Shown here: positions 16,432 through 25,705 of the stretch, piece by piece
Layout: each line of letters begins with the position of its first letter
Position numbering within the stretch: the first letter of the stretch is position 1
Source: a virus
Lineage: Duplodnaviria > Caudoviricetes
Length of the DNA: 40,747 bases
Direction: 5' to 3' (one strand)
IMG/VR virus record: IMGVR_UViG_3300037722_000283
Coordinates: 1-40,747 of that record
Position numbers and translations under genes: made by a program
Notes under the pieces: generated by a model
Told to the model about the DNA's origin: nothing
The model's input: only the letters and a program-made list of their open reading frames with translations
The model's database searches: none

Positions 16432-19049
16432 CCGAACAGCCCCATGTCAGCAGCTCGGCGAGCCTGCTGCATGGCCTCCATCGGCGTCCGCACCCGGATG
16501 GGCAGGCCGTGGAAGTCCATCTTGATGCTCGTCGACCGCTGCTGGACCGGCGCGGCCGACGGCGCGAAGCCAGCCATGCCAGCCTCCTGCAGTCGCCCTG
16601 CTCGAAGCCGACGAGGCGAGACCAGCGTCGGGGGCTCGACCGCTCCCGCCATGTCCACGCCCCTGTGGAGCCCACGCGAGAGGTCCCCGCCGAGCCGGAA
16701 GCCCCACGCCTCGATACCGCCGTCCTTCGAGAGCGGTCCTGACTTGGTCGGGCTGCCCGGCTTCGTGTTGTCTGCGACCGCCTGCGCGGCCGCCTGCGCG
16801 GCTGCGATGACGTTGTCGATGCCGGAGCGGATGCCGCTGGCCAGGCCCCCGATGAGACCCCTGCCCGCGGCGGTGCCGACTGCTGGCAGGCCCTTGAGCG
16901 CGGCCCCGACCTCGACCTTGGTCTCGGCAGCCGCGGCCCTCGCCTTGCCCTTTTCCTCGCGTATGCCCTTGGCGAGGTTCTGGTTGACGGTCTTGCCGTA
17001 GTCCCAGGTCTTGCCGGTCAGCTTCTCCCACTCGGCGATGAGGACCGCGCGGGTCTGCTCGCCAGCCGCGCGGACATCAGGCTTCTTGCTCGTCAGTGCC
17101 TGCGCCAGGCGCTTCCCGGTGAGGGCACCCTCGATGGACGCCACGAGCTTGGCGCGCTGCATGGGGTGCTCGATCGCCCACATCAGGTCCTTCATCGCAT
17201 CCCGGACCGTCTGTCGCCCGCCGCGGATCGAGTCGGCGAGCGATTCCGGGATCTCCTCGAACTCGCGCGCGAACCGGCGCAGGTTACGCTTGGAGCGTTC
17301 GACCGCTTCGGTGCTCGCAGCCATCGACGCGGTGACGGCTGGGCCGATGGCGCCGAACTGTGCGACGGCCGCCTCGGTGAACTCGCGCACCCACTCCTGG
17401 CCCTCAGCGGTGTTCTTCTTCCATGACTGGATATCCAGGTCGGCCTGCGAGATGGCCGCGCCTTGCCTCCCCACCGCTTCCGTGTTCTCGTCGATCAGGG
17501 GGTTGAGCAGGCCGAACTCCTCGTACAGGGCGCCGATCTCGGCACGGAACGTCGCGATGCGGTCCTCGGTCGAGAGTGCATGGAAGCCCGCCTCCTCGAG
17601 CCTGGTGGCCATCATCAGCGCAGAGTCGGCGACCAGCTCGATCGGTGTGTTCGACTGCTGGGCGACGGTGGCCACGTGGCGCAGCGCGCCCTCGACGTTG
17701 ACCGCCGCGACGCCGACATGGTCGAAGCGCTGCTCAAGGAACTCCAGTCCGCCGCCCATGAGCCGCTTGACTTCCATGAAGTCGTCGAACGACTTGCGGG
17801 CGCCAGCATCGAGGCCCTCGGCGAATGTCGCGATATCCTTGCCGCCCGGGTCCAGCAGCTCGGCTGCGGCATCGGCCAGATCGTTGATGCCATCGACCAA
17901 CCCACGCACCGCATCGATAGCGCCCGACGTGACGTCGGTGATCAGCTCCATGAGGGGCATGAGCGCCGCGCCGAGGTCCTGCCCCAGCCGCGCCTGTTTG
18001 GCCGCGAGCCGGGCTTGCTTGTTCTCGAGCGTGTCCATGCGCTCGCCGGCCATGCTCAGGGCGTTGCCGCCTTCCCTGGCGGCCTTGCGCATGTCCTGCA
18101 GGTTGCCCGTGAACGACTCGGCGTTGGCGCCGGTCACCTGCAGCATGCCGTTGTACGCCTCGGTCGAGCCGAGTGCTGCGGTGATGGCGTCGGTCTTGCC
18201 ATCTGCGGCGTCGCTCACGGCCTGCAACGTGGCAGCCAGACCCTCCTCGCGGAGCATCTGCTCGAAGGTCGTACCGTTGAGCTTCTCCTGGAGCGCGAGC
18301 AGCTCGGCGTTCGGCTTGAGCAGCGCTGTGATGGCCGCCTTCATCTGGGTCGCAGCCATCGCCGCGGGCGTGCCCTGCGCGGTCATCGTGGCGTACGCCG
18401 CAGCCACCTCCTCGATGGACACGCCGGCCGCGGCGGCGATCGGGGCTACCTGTGCGATCGACGACGCCAGCTCTGACGCGGTGACCTTGCCGTTGGCCAC
18501 GGTCTGCGCCCACACGTCCATGACCTTCGACGAGTCGCTGGCCTCCAGCTTGAAGGCATTGAGCGTGGTCGTGATGAGGTCGACGGCCTCGCCCGTCGTC
18601 GAGAGCGCGCCGATGGCCAGCGTCGTGGAGTCGGTGAGCACGTCCTGCGCCTTGGCCGCGTCCACGCCGGCGCTCACGAGGTCGTAGTAGGCCGAGGTCA
18701 GCTCGCTCGTGGCGATGCCGGTGGCCTCCGAGAGGTCCTGCACGCCCTCGCCGAGCGCCGCGAGTTCCTGCTTCGAGAGCTTGGCCACGGTGTTGATGGT
18801 GGCCAGTTCGCCCTCGAACTTGATGGCCGAGTCGATCGCTCCGCTGATGCCGTCGATGAGCGCGCTGGCGCCGCTCGCCAGGGCATTGAAGGCGAGCACG
18901 CCGCCGCCGATGCCGACGCCAGCGAGGATGCCCTTCTTGAGCGCGCCGCCCTGCCGGCTGAACATGCCCTCGGCAGTCTTCAGGTCCTTCGCCAGCGGCT
19001 TGAGATCAGCGCCTACCTGATATTCGGCTGCACCTATCTTCGCGGCCAT
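16428..19049 (-). CDS. Tape measure protein (TP901-type core)
   Basis: 873 aa, Ala-rich helical; AYYDLVSAG...GKVTASELASSIAQVAPIAAAAGVS. Confidence 0.95.
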   Translation of the reverse strand: MAAKIGAAEYQVGADLKPLAKDLKTAEGMFSRQGGALKKGILAGVGIGGGVLAFNALASGASALIDGISGAIDSAIKFEGELATINTVAKLSKQELAALGEGVQDLSEATGIATSELTSAYYDLVSAGVDAAKAQDVLTDSTTLAIGALSTTGEAVDLITTTLNAFKLEASDSSKVMDVWAQTVANGKVTASELASSIAQVAPIAAAAGVSIEEVAAAYATMTAQGTPAAMAATQMKAAITALLKPNAELLALQEKLNGTTFEQMLREEGLAATLQAVSDAADGKTDAITAALGSTEAYNGMLQVTGANAESFTGNLQDMRKAAREGGNALSMAGERMDTLENKQARLAAKQARLGQDLGAALMPLMELITDVTSGAIDAVRGLVDGINDLADAAAELLDPGGKDIATFAEGLDAGARKSFDDFMEVKRLMGGGLEFLEQRFDHVGVAAVNVEGALRHVATVAQQSNTPIELVADSALMMATRLEEAGFHALSTEDRIATFRAEIGALYEEFGLLNPLIDENTEAVGRQGAAISQADLDIQSWKKNTAEGQEWVREFTEAAVAQFGAIGPAVTASMAASTEAVERSKRNLRRFAREFEEIPESLADSIRGGRQTVRDAMKDLMWAIEHPMQRAKLVASIEGALTGKRLAQALTSKKPDVRAAGEQTRAVLIAEWEKLTGKTWDYGKTVNQNLAKGIREEKGKARAAAAETKVEVGAALKGLPAVGTAAGRGLIGGLASGIRSGIDNVIAAAQAAAQAVADNTKPGSPTKSGPLSKDGGIEAWGFRLGGDLSRGLHRGVDMAGAVEPPTLVSPRRLRAGRLQEAGMAGFAPSAAPVQQRSTSIKMDFHGLPIRVRTPMEAMQQARRAADMGLFG

Positions 19050-19078
19050 GGCTAGATGTCCACGCTATGCTGTCCAGC

Positions 19079-19246
19079 ATGAAGACCCTGACCCCGGAGG
19101 AACAGCAGCAGGTCGCCACGAAGGTGCTGGCCATCAACATCGAGCGGGTGGCGGCCAAGCAGATCCTGTCGGACATCGTCGCGCAGGGCCTCACCGACGA
19201 GCTGCGCGAGCGCGCCCGGGACTTCCTGGAGCGCCACCCCGACTGA
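19079..19246 (+). CDS. Antisense moron-like gene (55 aa, not in ORF track)
   Basis: MKTLTPEEQQQVATKVLAINIERVAAKQILSDIVAQGLTDELRERARDFLERHPD; nearly all third positions G/C; TATGCT-N7-ATG; fills the gap between chaperone and tape measure. Confidence 0.7.
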   Translation: MKTLTPEEQQQVATKVLAINIERVAAKQILSDIVAQGLTDELRERARDFLERHPD

Positions 19247-19248
19247 CA

Positions 19249-19959
19249 TCACGCGCCTACCACGGCTGCACGTCCCTTTCCGTCGCGTAGCGCATCCCCT
19301 CGGGTAGCTGTACGCCCGGTGTCGTCGCCGCCTTCTGGCGTGCCGTCGCCTGCTGCGTCGCCCGCATCTCCTCGATCGACAGCCTGACCGCGAGCGCCTC
19401 GTCCAGTGCTAGCGCGTGGAGCGGATCGCTGACGCCGAGCAGGCTGCTTGGCCGCTGGCTCCATTTGGCCGCTGTCATCGCCACGCGCAGCGCGTCGTCG
19501 CTCACGACGAAAGGTGGCCCAGTCAGGCAGCCCGCCCCCTTCCTCGGGTGGCTCGTCGCGCAGGCCGAGCGAGTACTCGGCCATGGCAGTCGCCGTCTCC
19601 GGGGTCCACAGGCTGAGGATCACCCGTTGCAGCGCGTCTACGTCATCCTCGGCGAGGTCCTCGATGGCGATGGGCTCCGTGATGCGCTCCCAGCCAGCGT
19701 CGTCATCCCACACATCCCGCGGGAAATGGACCACGAGCAGGTTGATGGCCTCGACCGCTCGCTCCATGCGAGCCTCGCCCTCTTCGGGTGCTTGCAGCCA
19801 GGACGGGTCAGCCAGCTTCGTCACCGCCTCGAGGAGGTGAGCGGGGAACACGCCGCGGCGGAACAACTCGCCCACGTCGGGGAGCTTGCCGCGCACCCGG
19901 TGCCCGGTCGGTAGAAGGACCTCTGTCAGCCCGCTTCGCAGCCAGCTGTTGGCGCTCAC
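19249..19959 (-). CDS. Tail assembly chaperone (gpG-like)
   Basis: Between tail tube and tape measure; protein-like up to ..DWATFR, low-complexity afterwards. Confidence 0.75.
   Translation of the reverse strand: MSANSWLRSGLTEVLLPTGHRVRGKLPDVGELFRRGVFPAHLLEAVTKLADPSWLQAPEEGEARMERAVEAINLLVVHFPRDVWDDDAGWERITEPIAIEDLAEDDVDALQRVILSLWTPETATAMAEYSLGLRDEPPEEGGGLPDWATFRRERRRAARGDDSGQMEPAAKQPARRQRSAPRASTGRGARGQAVDRGDAGDAAGDGTPEGGDDTGRTATRGDALRDGKGRAAVVGA
19257..19511 (-). CDS. Tail assembly chaperone extension (gpT-like), +1 frame
   Basis: KWSQRPSSLLGVSDPLHALALDEA; reachable by +1 shift at TTT_CGT (19512-19507). Confidence 0.7.
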   Translation of the reverse strand, partial: FVVSDDALRVAMTAAKWSQRPSSLLGVSDPLHALALDEALAVRLSIEEMRATQQATARQKAATTPGVQLPEGMRYATERDVQPW

Positions 19960-19972
19960 GCCCTCCCGGTCA

Positions 19973-20983
19973 TCACGATGGTGCGACCAGGTCGTCGAGG
20001 CCGTTGAGCACGGTCGCGGTGATCGGCGACGCGCCGGCGGCCGGCTGGAGTGCGCTCATCGACAACACCTGGGTCATGGGGCTGTTGCCGGTCCCGATGG
20101 CCGGCTCGAACGGGTCGACGGCCATGCGCGGGATCTCGAGGTGGATGCTGCGCTCAGGCCCGGGAGAAGCAGCGACGCGGGTGAACAGGAAGTCCACGCC
20201 CGTGCCGCCGAGTTCGAAGATGTCGCGGGATACCGCAGCATCCGCGGATGGCGTGGCGCTGCCGAACATGATGCGGTTGTAGAGGCTGACATCGGTGAAC
20301 AGCGCCGTGGTGGCGAGGGTGATATCGAACAGCCCCTCGGTGATGTCGCAGGGGATGATGTCGTCACCGGGGATGGACTCACCGTTGCGGTTGATGGTCA
20401 GCGTGAACGAGCGCATGCAGGGCACCGCTGCACCCTCGAGCTGGAGCGCACCCTTGCCGTCGTAGTAGAGCACCCGGTCTGTGATCTCGATGGTCGCCGT
20501 GGTCTCCTCGGCGCTGGCATAACGCGGGTCGAGGCCCATCACGGTGGCGGTCATCCGGAGGGGCTTGTTGGCCTCGCCCGAGATGACCAGCTGGGTCACC
20601 TTGCAGTCGATGCTGTAGCCGAACAGCAGCGCGCCCACATTGCGCCACCAGGTCATCCACGGCAGGGAGGTCGCGGCTGTGATCTCGTGGCTCCACGGAT
20701 CGGCGATGCCGGTCGTGGCCACGTCTCCGAGTACCGCGTACAGCATGGCCGCGGCAGCGTTGGGCGGCACGAACATCTCCGGTGCGCCAGCGGCGTGGAC
20801 CTCCGAGGGATAGCGGGCGTCGCGCATCTGCGCGCCCGTCGTCTCGTCGAAGAACTCGTCGGTGCGCATCGGCCCGACCATCGTGCCGCCGGCCAGCCGC
20901 GAGCCGTACACCGAGGCGGCGGCCTTGGTGCCCTTCACGGTCTGGAAGGCGAAGCGGATGGAGCCTACGTTCTCTGCCGGCAT
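19973..20983 (-). CDS. Major tail (tube) protein
   Basis: Position and size (336 aa); YSIDCKVTQLVISG and SFTLTINRN beta-strand pattern. Confidence 0.85.
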   Translation of the reverse strand: MPAENVGSIRFAFQTVKGTKAAASVYGSRLAGGTMVGPMRTDEFFDETTGAQMRDARYPSEVHAAGAPEMFVPPNAAAAMLYAVLGDVATTGIADPWSHEITAATSLPWMTWWRNVGALLFGYSIDCKVTQLVISGEANKPLRMTATVMGLDPRYASAEETTATIEITDRVLYYDGKGALQLEGAAVPCMRSFTLTINRNGESIPGDDIIPCDITEGLFDITLATTALFTDVSLYNRIMFGSATPSADAAVSRDIFELGGTGVDFLFTRVAASPGPERSIHLEIPRMAVDPFEPAIGTGNSPMTQVLSMSALQPAAGASPITATVLNGLDDLVAPS

Positions 20984-21183
20984 CAGTCGGACTCCTTGGT
21001 GCTAGGGGCGGCCTTGACGGTCGGGAGCCCGAGAGCATCGGCGACTCGTTGCTCGGCGTCCGAGGTGATGGTGACCCGGCCGTCGTCATCGGCGAAGAGG
21101 CGGACGATGCCGGCCTGCGGATCATTGCGGAGGTAACGGGTGAAGGGCTTGCCGCGGCGGGGTGGGTAGGTCTGCTTGGTCAT
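20983..21183 (-). CDS. Small virion-module protein
   Basis: Packed between tail terminator and tube genes. Confidence 0.65.
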   Translation of the reverse strand: MTKQTYPPRRGKPFTRYLRNDPQAGIVRLFADDDGRVTITSDAEQRVADALGLPTVKAAPSTKESD

Positions 21184-21184
21184 C

Positions 21185-21595
21185 TCAGTCGTCCTCGATG
21201 CGGTAGCCGGTGAGGTCCATCAGGAAGCCGCGAGCGTCGATGGCTGACAGCGTCTCGTGGTCGACGCCCTCGACGTGCAGGCCCTCGTACCACGGCGTCA
21301 GGGCCCGCTGGGATGCGACCGCGGCGCGGTAGGCCTCGGACTTGGTCGCGATCGCGTCGCTCGTCTCGCGGCTGCGCAGTTCGGTATCGTCGGTCTCGAT
21401 GACCCAGGCGGCCCGCAGCAGGAAGTCGCGTTGCTCGCACTCCTGGCCGATGGGCTCGAACGTCTCGCTCGGTGCCCAGACATAGAGCAGGTCTGCCTCG
21501 AACACCGTGGGCTCGGCTCGCCCGTCATCGCGGAGCAACGGGTCAGGCTCGAGGAGCTGCGCGACCTGGTCGGCGATCTCGGTGATGAGCATCAC
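21185..21595 (-). CDS. Putative tail terminator / completion protein
   Basis: Synteny, size, acidic composition. Confidence 0.6.
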   Translation of the reverse strand: MMLITEIADQVAQLLEPDPLLRDDGRAEPTVFEADLLYVWAPSETFEPIGQECEQRDFLLRAAWVIETDDTELRSRETSDAIATKSEAYRAAVASQRALTPWYEGLHVEGVDHETLSAIDARGFLMDLTGYRIEDD

Positions 21596-22005
21596 TCGCC
21601 ACCCAGCAGCAGCGTCGGAGTGCCGCGCTCGCCACCGAACGAATGAGCGACGAAGGAGCTGGAGCGTATCGGAGCGCGGCGGAGTCGCCGTTCGTAGAAC
21701 TTCGGGAACTGCTCGCCGGCCCGGGTGAGCGGCTTGGGGGCATTGGCCCGTGCGATGTGGACACCACGGCCGCTGCGCACCCAGCCGCCGCGCTCGAGCA
21801 CGCTGGTCTGCGGGGCGGTGCGCGAGCCGATCGTGGCCGTGGGGCGGTCCTTGCGCTGGCGCCGGTATAGCTTGAGGGTGCTGGCGTACTTGCCGCTCCT
21901 CTTCGGCGCTATCTGCTGTGCGAGCTTGAGCGTGTCGCCAGCGGCGTCGTAGAACGCCGTGGTGGCGTGGTCGTAGAGAGGCTTCGGGTTCGTGGTCACC
22001 TTCAC
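21592..22005 (-). CDS. HK97 gp10-like neck protein
   Basis: AQQIAPKRSGKYASTL...VLERGG; basic. Confidence 0.7.
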   Translation of the reverse strand: MKVTTNPKPLYDHATTAFYDAAGDTLKLAQQIAPKRSGKYASTLKLYRRQRKDRPTATIGSRTAPQTSVLERGGWVRSGRGVHIARANAPKPLTRAGEQFPKFYERRLRRAPIRSSSFVAHSFGGERGTPTLLLGGE

Positions 22006-22550
22006 AGCAGCGATGCCTCGGTGTACGGGTCGGACAGCTCGGTCGTGGCGTCGATGGCGATCATGCCGCCGCTGTCCCGGCTGGCCCTCGGATAGGCTTC
22101 CATGGCCTGGAGGGTCCGCAGCGAGTAGATCGACGAGCCATCCTGCGCGACCGTGTAGCTCGTGTTCGGCTCGCTCGCCTGGGAGGCGTTGCGGGCCTGG
22201 CGGTCATTGGCGCGATCGAGGGTCGTCGCCTTGGCAAGGACGAAGATCGCCTGGTAGTACGTGGCCTCTGCGACATCGGCCGGGATGAGCGGGGCATCGT
22301 CGGCATCGATGTCCACGGCCCGGGGCCAGCGGAGCCGCTGGGTGGTCGAGTGCTTCGCACCCGGCCGCCATCCACGGTCGATCTCACGGGTGGCACGCTT
22401 GAGTGCGCGCTCCTGCTGGTCGAGCGTGGTGGATGCTGCCGCCCACTTCCCGGCCTCTGGTCCCAGGTCGGCAGCCGCGAGGGCATCAGCGGCAGCCACC
22501 GTGAGGTAGCTGTCGCTGGCTGCTCCTGCGACCGTCGCATCGAGGGTCAC
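22002..22550 (-). CDS. Head-tail adaptor (DnaT-like family)
   Basis: DSYLTVAAAD...ALKRATREID...QRLRWPR...IPADVAEA. Confidence 0.8.
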   Translation of the reverse strand: MTLDATVAGAASDSYLTVAAADALAAADLGPEAGKWAAASTTLDQQERALKRATREIDRGWRPGAKHSTTQRLRWPRAVDIDADDAPLIPADVAEATYYQAIFVLAKATTLDRANDRQARNASQASEPNTSYTVAQDGSSIYSLRTLQAMEAYPRASRDSGGMIAIDATTELSDPYTEASLL

Positions 22551-22559
22551 CGTGTCGCC

Positions 22560-23750
22560 TTAGGCGACTGCGGTGATCTTGACGGCACGCACCATCTGCA
22601 CGCCGCCGTCCTGACGGACCGTGCCGGCGGTGATGTCGGTCGAGAAGTCGATGCCCGCACCCCCCGCCGTCGCGCTCACCCGGAACGTGTTGGTCGCCAG
22701 CGATGTCGCGATGACGAAGTAGCGCTGGCCCACCGTGAGCCCGGTGCCGCCGGTCAGAGCAGTGAACACGACTTCGTCGCCGGCGACGAAACCGTGCGCG
22801 GTGGCGTCGATGATGTCATCGCTCGCGGCGCTGGTGAGGAGCGTCACCGGGGTTCCGAGGTCGGCATCCGAAGGCGTCCACACGCCGTTGGCGTCGAAGT
22901 AGCCCTCGTCCGTGACCGCTGCGACGCCGAGCCAGCTGTCGAAGATGGTCCGGTCCTCGACCGTATCAAGGTCGAAGCCGCGCACCACGCGCATAGCGAA
23001 CCCGCCAGCCGACTTCATGACGCCATAGGCAGCGCCGGCGGGCACGGCGGGGGCCTTGTTGGACATGGCGAAGGCCGTCTTGTGGTAGGCGATGGCCTCG
23101 TCAGGCGCCAGCTCTGGCGCGGTGATGATCGTGAAGCCGCCCTTGCGCCCGATGGTGGCCTCAGCCAGGGCCGTACCGCCATCACCTGACTCGTTCGCCT
23201 TGACGAACAGGTCAGTGGAGAGGAGTGCCGTCTCGATCGAGGCACCGACCGCGAGGTAGCGGTTGCTCGGGGGGACGTGCGCCTTGTTCAGATACTCGCG
23301 GGCAGCGAGGATGATGTCCGGCCACGCAGCACCAGAGGAGTAGTCGAACACGATGGAGTTCGCATAGGTGGCATCCGACATGGCGGTCGCCAGTTGCGAG
23401 TTGATCTCCTCGACGATGCCCGCGGTGATGGGTGCCAGCACCTGCATCCCGAAGTCCACGATGTCGAGGTTCATCTGCTCGTCGGTGATACCGACATCCT
23501 TGTAGACGTCCGTGTCGAGCGTCAGATCGATCTTGCGTTCGTTCAGCGTGTCCTTGGTCCGCGCAGAGCCCGAGCGCAGGACGCGGGTCCGTGCGGGGGC
23601 ATACGCCGGCAGCCGGACGCTGATGGTGTCATCGAGGGCGCCCGCGAAGTCTCCGACGGGGTCTCGCCAAACCGTGGCCGCGAGCGTGCTCTCTCGTGTG
23701 AGGAGGCCGAGCCCGGCGCTCACGATGCGCTGCGCTGTGAGGAAAGCCAT
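22560..23750 (-). CDS. Major capsid protein (P22 gp5-like / actinophage type) with extra domain near the C-terminus
   Basis: DTISVRLPA, YLNKAHVP..NRYLAVG, IAYHKTAF; follows the scaffold gene. Confidence 0.9.
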   Translation of the reverse strand: MAFLTAQRIVSAGLGLLTRESTLAATVWRDPVGDFAGALDDTISVRLPAYAPARTRVLRSGSARTKDTLNERKIDLTLDTDVYKDVGITDEQMNLDIVDFGMQVLAPITAGIVEEINSQLATAMSDATYANSIVFDYSSGAAWPDIILAAREYLNKAHVPPSNRYLAVGASIETALLSTDLFVKANESGDGGTALAEATIGRKGGFTIITAPELAPDEAIAYHKTAFAMSNKAPAVPAGAAYGVMKSAGGFAMRVVRGFDLDTVEDRTIFDSWLGVAAVTDEGYFDANGVWTPSDADLGTPVTLLTSAASDDIIDATAHGFVAGDEVVFTALTGGTGLTVGQRYFVIATSLATNTFRVSATAGGAGIDFSTDITAGTVRQDGGVQMVRAVKITAVA

Positions 23751-23765
23751 GTGTCGCTCCTGTCG

Positions 23766-24284
23766 TTACCCCCGCGGGATCATCGCCGCGAGCTTGGTCG
23801 GGTCGTTCTCTTCAGGCTTCGCATCGGGCGCTGAGCCCGACCGCAAGACCTCTCGTGGCCGACCGTTTGACGTGTCGCCCGGCTTCGGCCCTGGCTTCAG
23901 TTCTGTGAGTAGCTCGTCCGCATCAGCCTCCAGCTCCTCCTGGGTCTCACCCTGCAGGCGTCCCGCCATCGCGAGGGAGAGTCCTTTCGCAGCTGCGATC
24001 TCCAGACGCATGAGGCGCCCTTCCGCCTTGGCGGCCCTAGCCTCGGCCAGCGCCTTCTGGTCATTCGCTTTTTGGAGTTCCGACTTGTCCGCGTCCTCAG
24101 CGGCCTTCTGCCGGTCGGCGTTGGCCTTCGACTCCAGTCGGAGCTTGGCTGCCTCGGCGTTGGCTTTCTTGAGCGCGGCCTTCATGGCCTCGACATCGTC
24201 GGGAGCTTCAGGCGTCTCGCCCTGCGAGCTATCAGGCGTCTCGCCCTGGTTCTGCTCGGGCGTCTCGCCCGCGGTATCGGCCAT
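23766..24284 (-). CDS. Capsid scaffolding protein
   Basis: ALKKANAEAAKLR...RLQGETQEELEADADEL; GGAGG RBS. Confidence 0.9.
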   Translation of the reverse strand: MADTAGETPEQNQGETPDSSQGETPEAPDDVEAMKAALKKANAEAAKLRLESKANADRQKAAEDADKSELQKANDQKALAEARAAKAEGRLMRLEIAAAKGLSLAMAGRLQGETQEELEADADELLTELKPGPKPGDTSNGRPREVLRSGSAPDAKPEENDPTKLAAMIPRG

Positions 24285-24313
24285 CTCGACCTCCTGTCAA
24301 TCATGGGCGGGCA

Positions 24314-25651
24314 TCACGCCACGCCACTAGTGCCTTGTTGGTCACCTATCAGGACCGCCGGGCGTGCGCGGACGGCCGACTTGATGCGGTCCACGTCCTG
24401 CTGGTCCATGTCGGGCACGCGCTCGATCGCCTCTTCGAGAGGCATACCGACCTGGACGAGCTTCACGAGCGCATCGACGGTCGCCGCGAGGCTGCGTGCC
24501 GATGTGTCGCGCCAGCGCACCTGCGCGTCGTCAGGGACCGACTGTCCAGCGAGCCTTGCCGCCAATGCGAGCGTCTGTTCGTGCGCCTCACCGAGCGTCA
24601 CTTGGCGGTCGGCCACCTTGCGATCGCGCCCTGATTCGGCAGCCGCGAGCGCCTCGGCCGACAGGTTGACCATCTCGCCGATCAGTTCGTGCGTCGGCGT
24701 CTGGCTGAGACTGGCCATCTGGCGGATGGTGCCCTCGCGGGAGTCGAGGTAGCCGTCGAGCTTCGTGGCCTCGAGGTCGCCTACCTTGACGTCCTCGGGG
24801 CCGTCCTCGAACGTCATGAGAGTCGAGCTGCCCATCTTGACCCGCGCCTGCTCGTCAGGCGCGAGCCATCCGAGGATGTATCGCTGGCGGTGCGCCGCGA
24901 AGTGCTGTGCCACGAGCAGGTTGAACGTGATGAGGTTGACCTGGTCCTGCAGCGTCATCAGCGGGGCGACCTGGCCGATGACCTGTCGGCCAAGGTATCG
25001 CGACGCTCCGTCGCTCTCGTCGGTCGGTTCGTCGTCCCAGTCGGGGTCCTGGACCTCGAGGTAGCGCACGATGGGCGTGACCTCTGCGCCGTGCTCGCTC
25101 GTGGCCACGTGCCTGAACGTACCCGACTCATCGAACGTCAGCCGGTAGACAGCGGACTCGTCGTACAGCCGCCATGGGCCACCGGGCACGCGTTCGAGCG
25201 CATACGTCGGCCAGTCCGACGCGCCATCGTAGAGCGTGGTGAGCTTCCGGGGCCCGACGCCACGGATGACCGGCACCGGCTCGCCCGGCGTGACGACGGC
25301 GTACGCCACGCCGTAGGCGACCGCGGCACGGTGGATGATCGACTGGCGCGCGTCGAGCTTGTTGGCCTGCCAGATGTCCCATGCGCTCGCATCTACCGGG
25401 TCGGTGCCGGCGCGGTAGCCCACGACCGAGAGGCTCTGCGACAGGCTCTCGACGACCAAGTCGATCATGTTGACGCGGGCGAGCCGGGCGAGGATGCGCA
25501 CCTCTGCGGATGCGGTGGAGGGGATGACCGCCGGGAATCTCTGGCAGTCCTTCCAGAAGCGCCTCACCTCATCGAGACGGCCCTTCTCAGCGTCGGTCTG
25601 TTCGTGGAGCTGGCGCGCCTGCGTCTCGGCCTGCTCGGGGGTAAGCGTCAT
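24314..25651 (-). CDS. Portal protein (SPP1 gp6-like)
   Basis: WDIWQANKLDARQ..IHR, NLSAEALAAAE, VRWRDT motifs. Confidence 0.92.
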   Translation of the reverse strand: MTLTPEQAETQARQLHEQTDAEKGRLDEVRRFWKDCQRFPAVIPSTASAEVRILARLARVNMIDLVVESLSQSLSVVGYRAGTDPVDASAWDIWQANKLDARQSIIHRAAVAYGVAYAVVTPGEPVPVIRGVGPRKLTTLYDGASDWPTYALERVPGGPWRLYDESAVYRLTFDESGTFRHVATSEHGAEVTPIVRYLEVQDPDWDDEPTDESDGASRYLGRQVIGQVAPLMTLQDQVNLITFNLLVAQHFAAHRQRYILGWLAPDEQARVKMGSSTLMTFEDGPEDVKVGDLEATKLDGYLDSREGTIRQMASLSQTPTHELIGEMVNLSAEALAAAESGRDRKVADRQVTLGEAHEQTLALAARLAGQSVPDDAQVRWRDTSARSLAATVDALVKLVQVGMPLEEAIERVPDMDQQDVDRIKSAVRARPAVLIGDQQGTSGVA

Positions 25652-25705
25652 CGGTCATATCGCAACGCATCACAGGCGCGGGTGATAGTGCCGACTTGGT
25701 CACCC

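Noticed and set aside
17011-18687. 558-aa plus-strand ORF
   Set aside because: Antisense shadow of the tape measure gene, expected in high-GC DNA.
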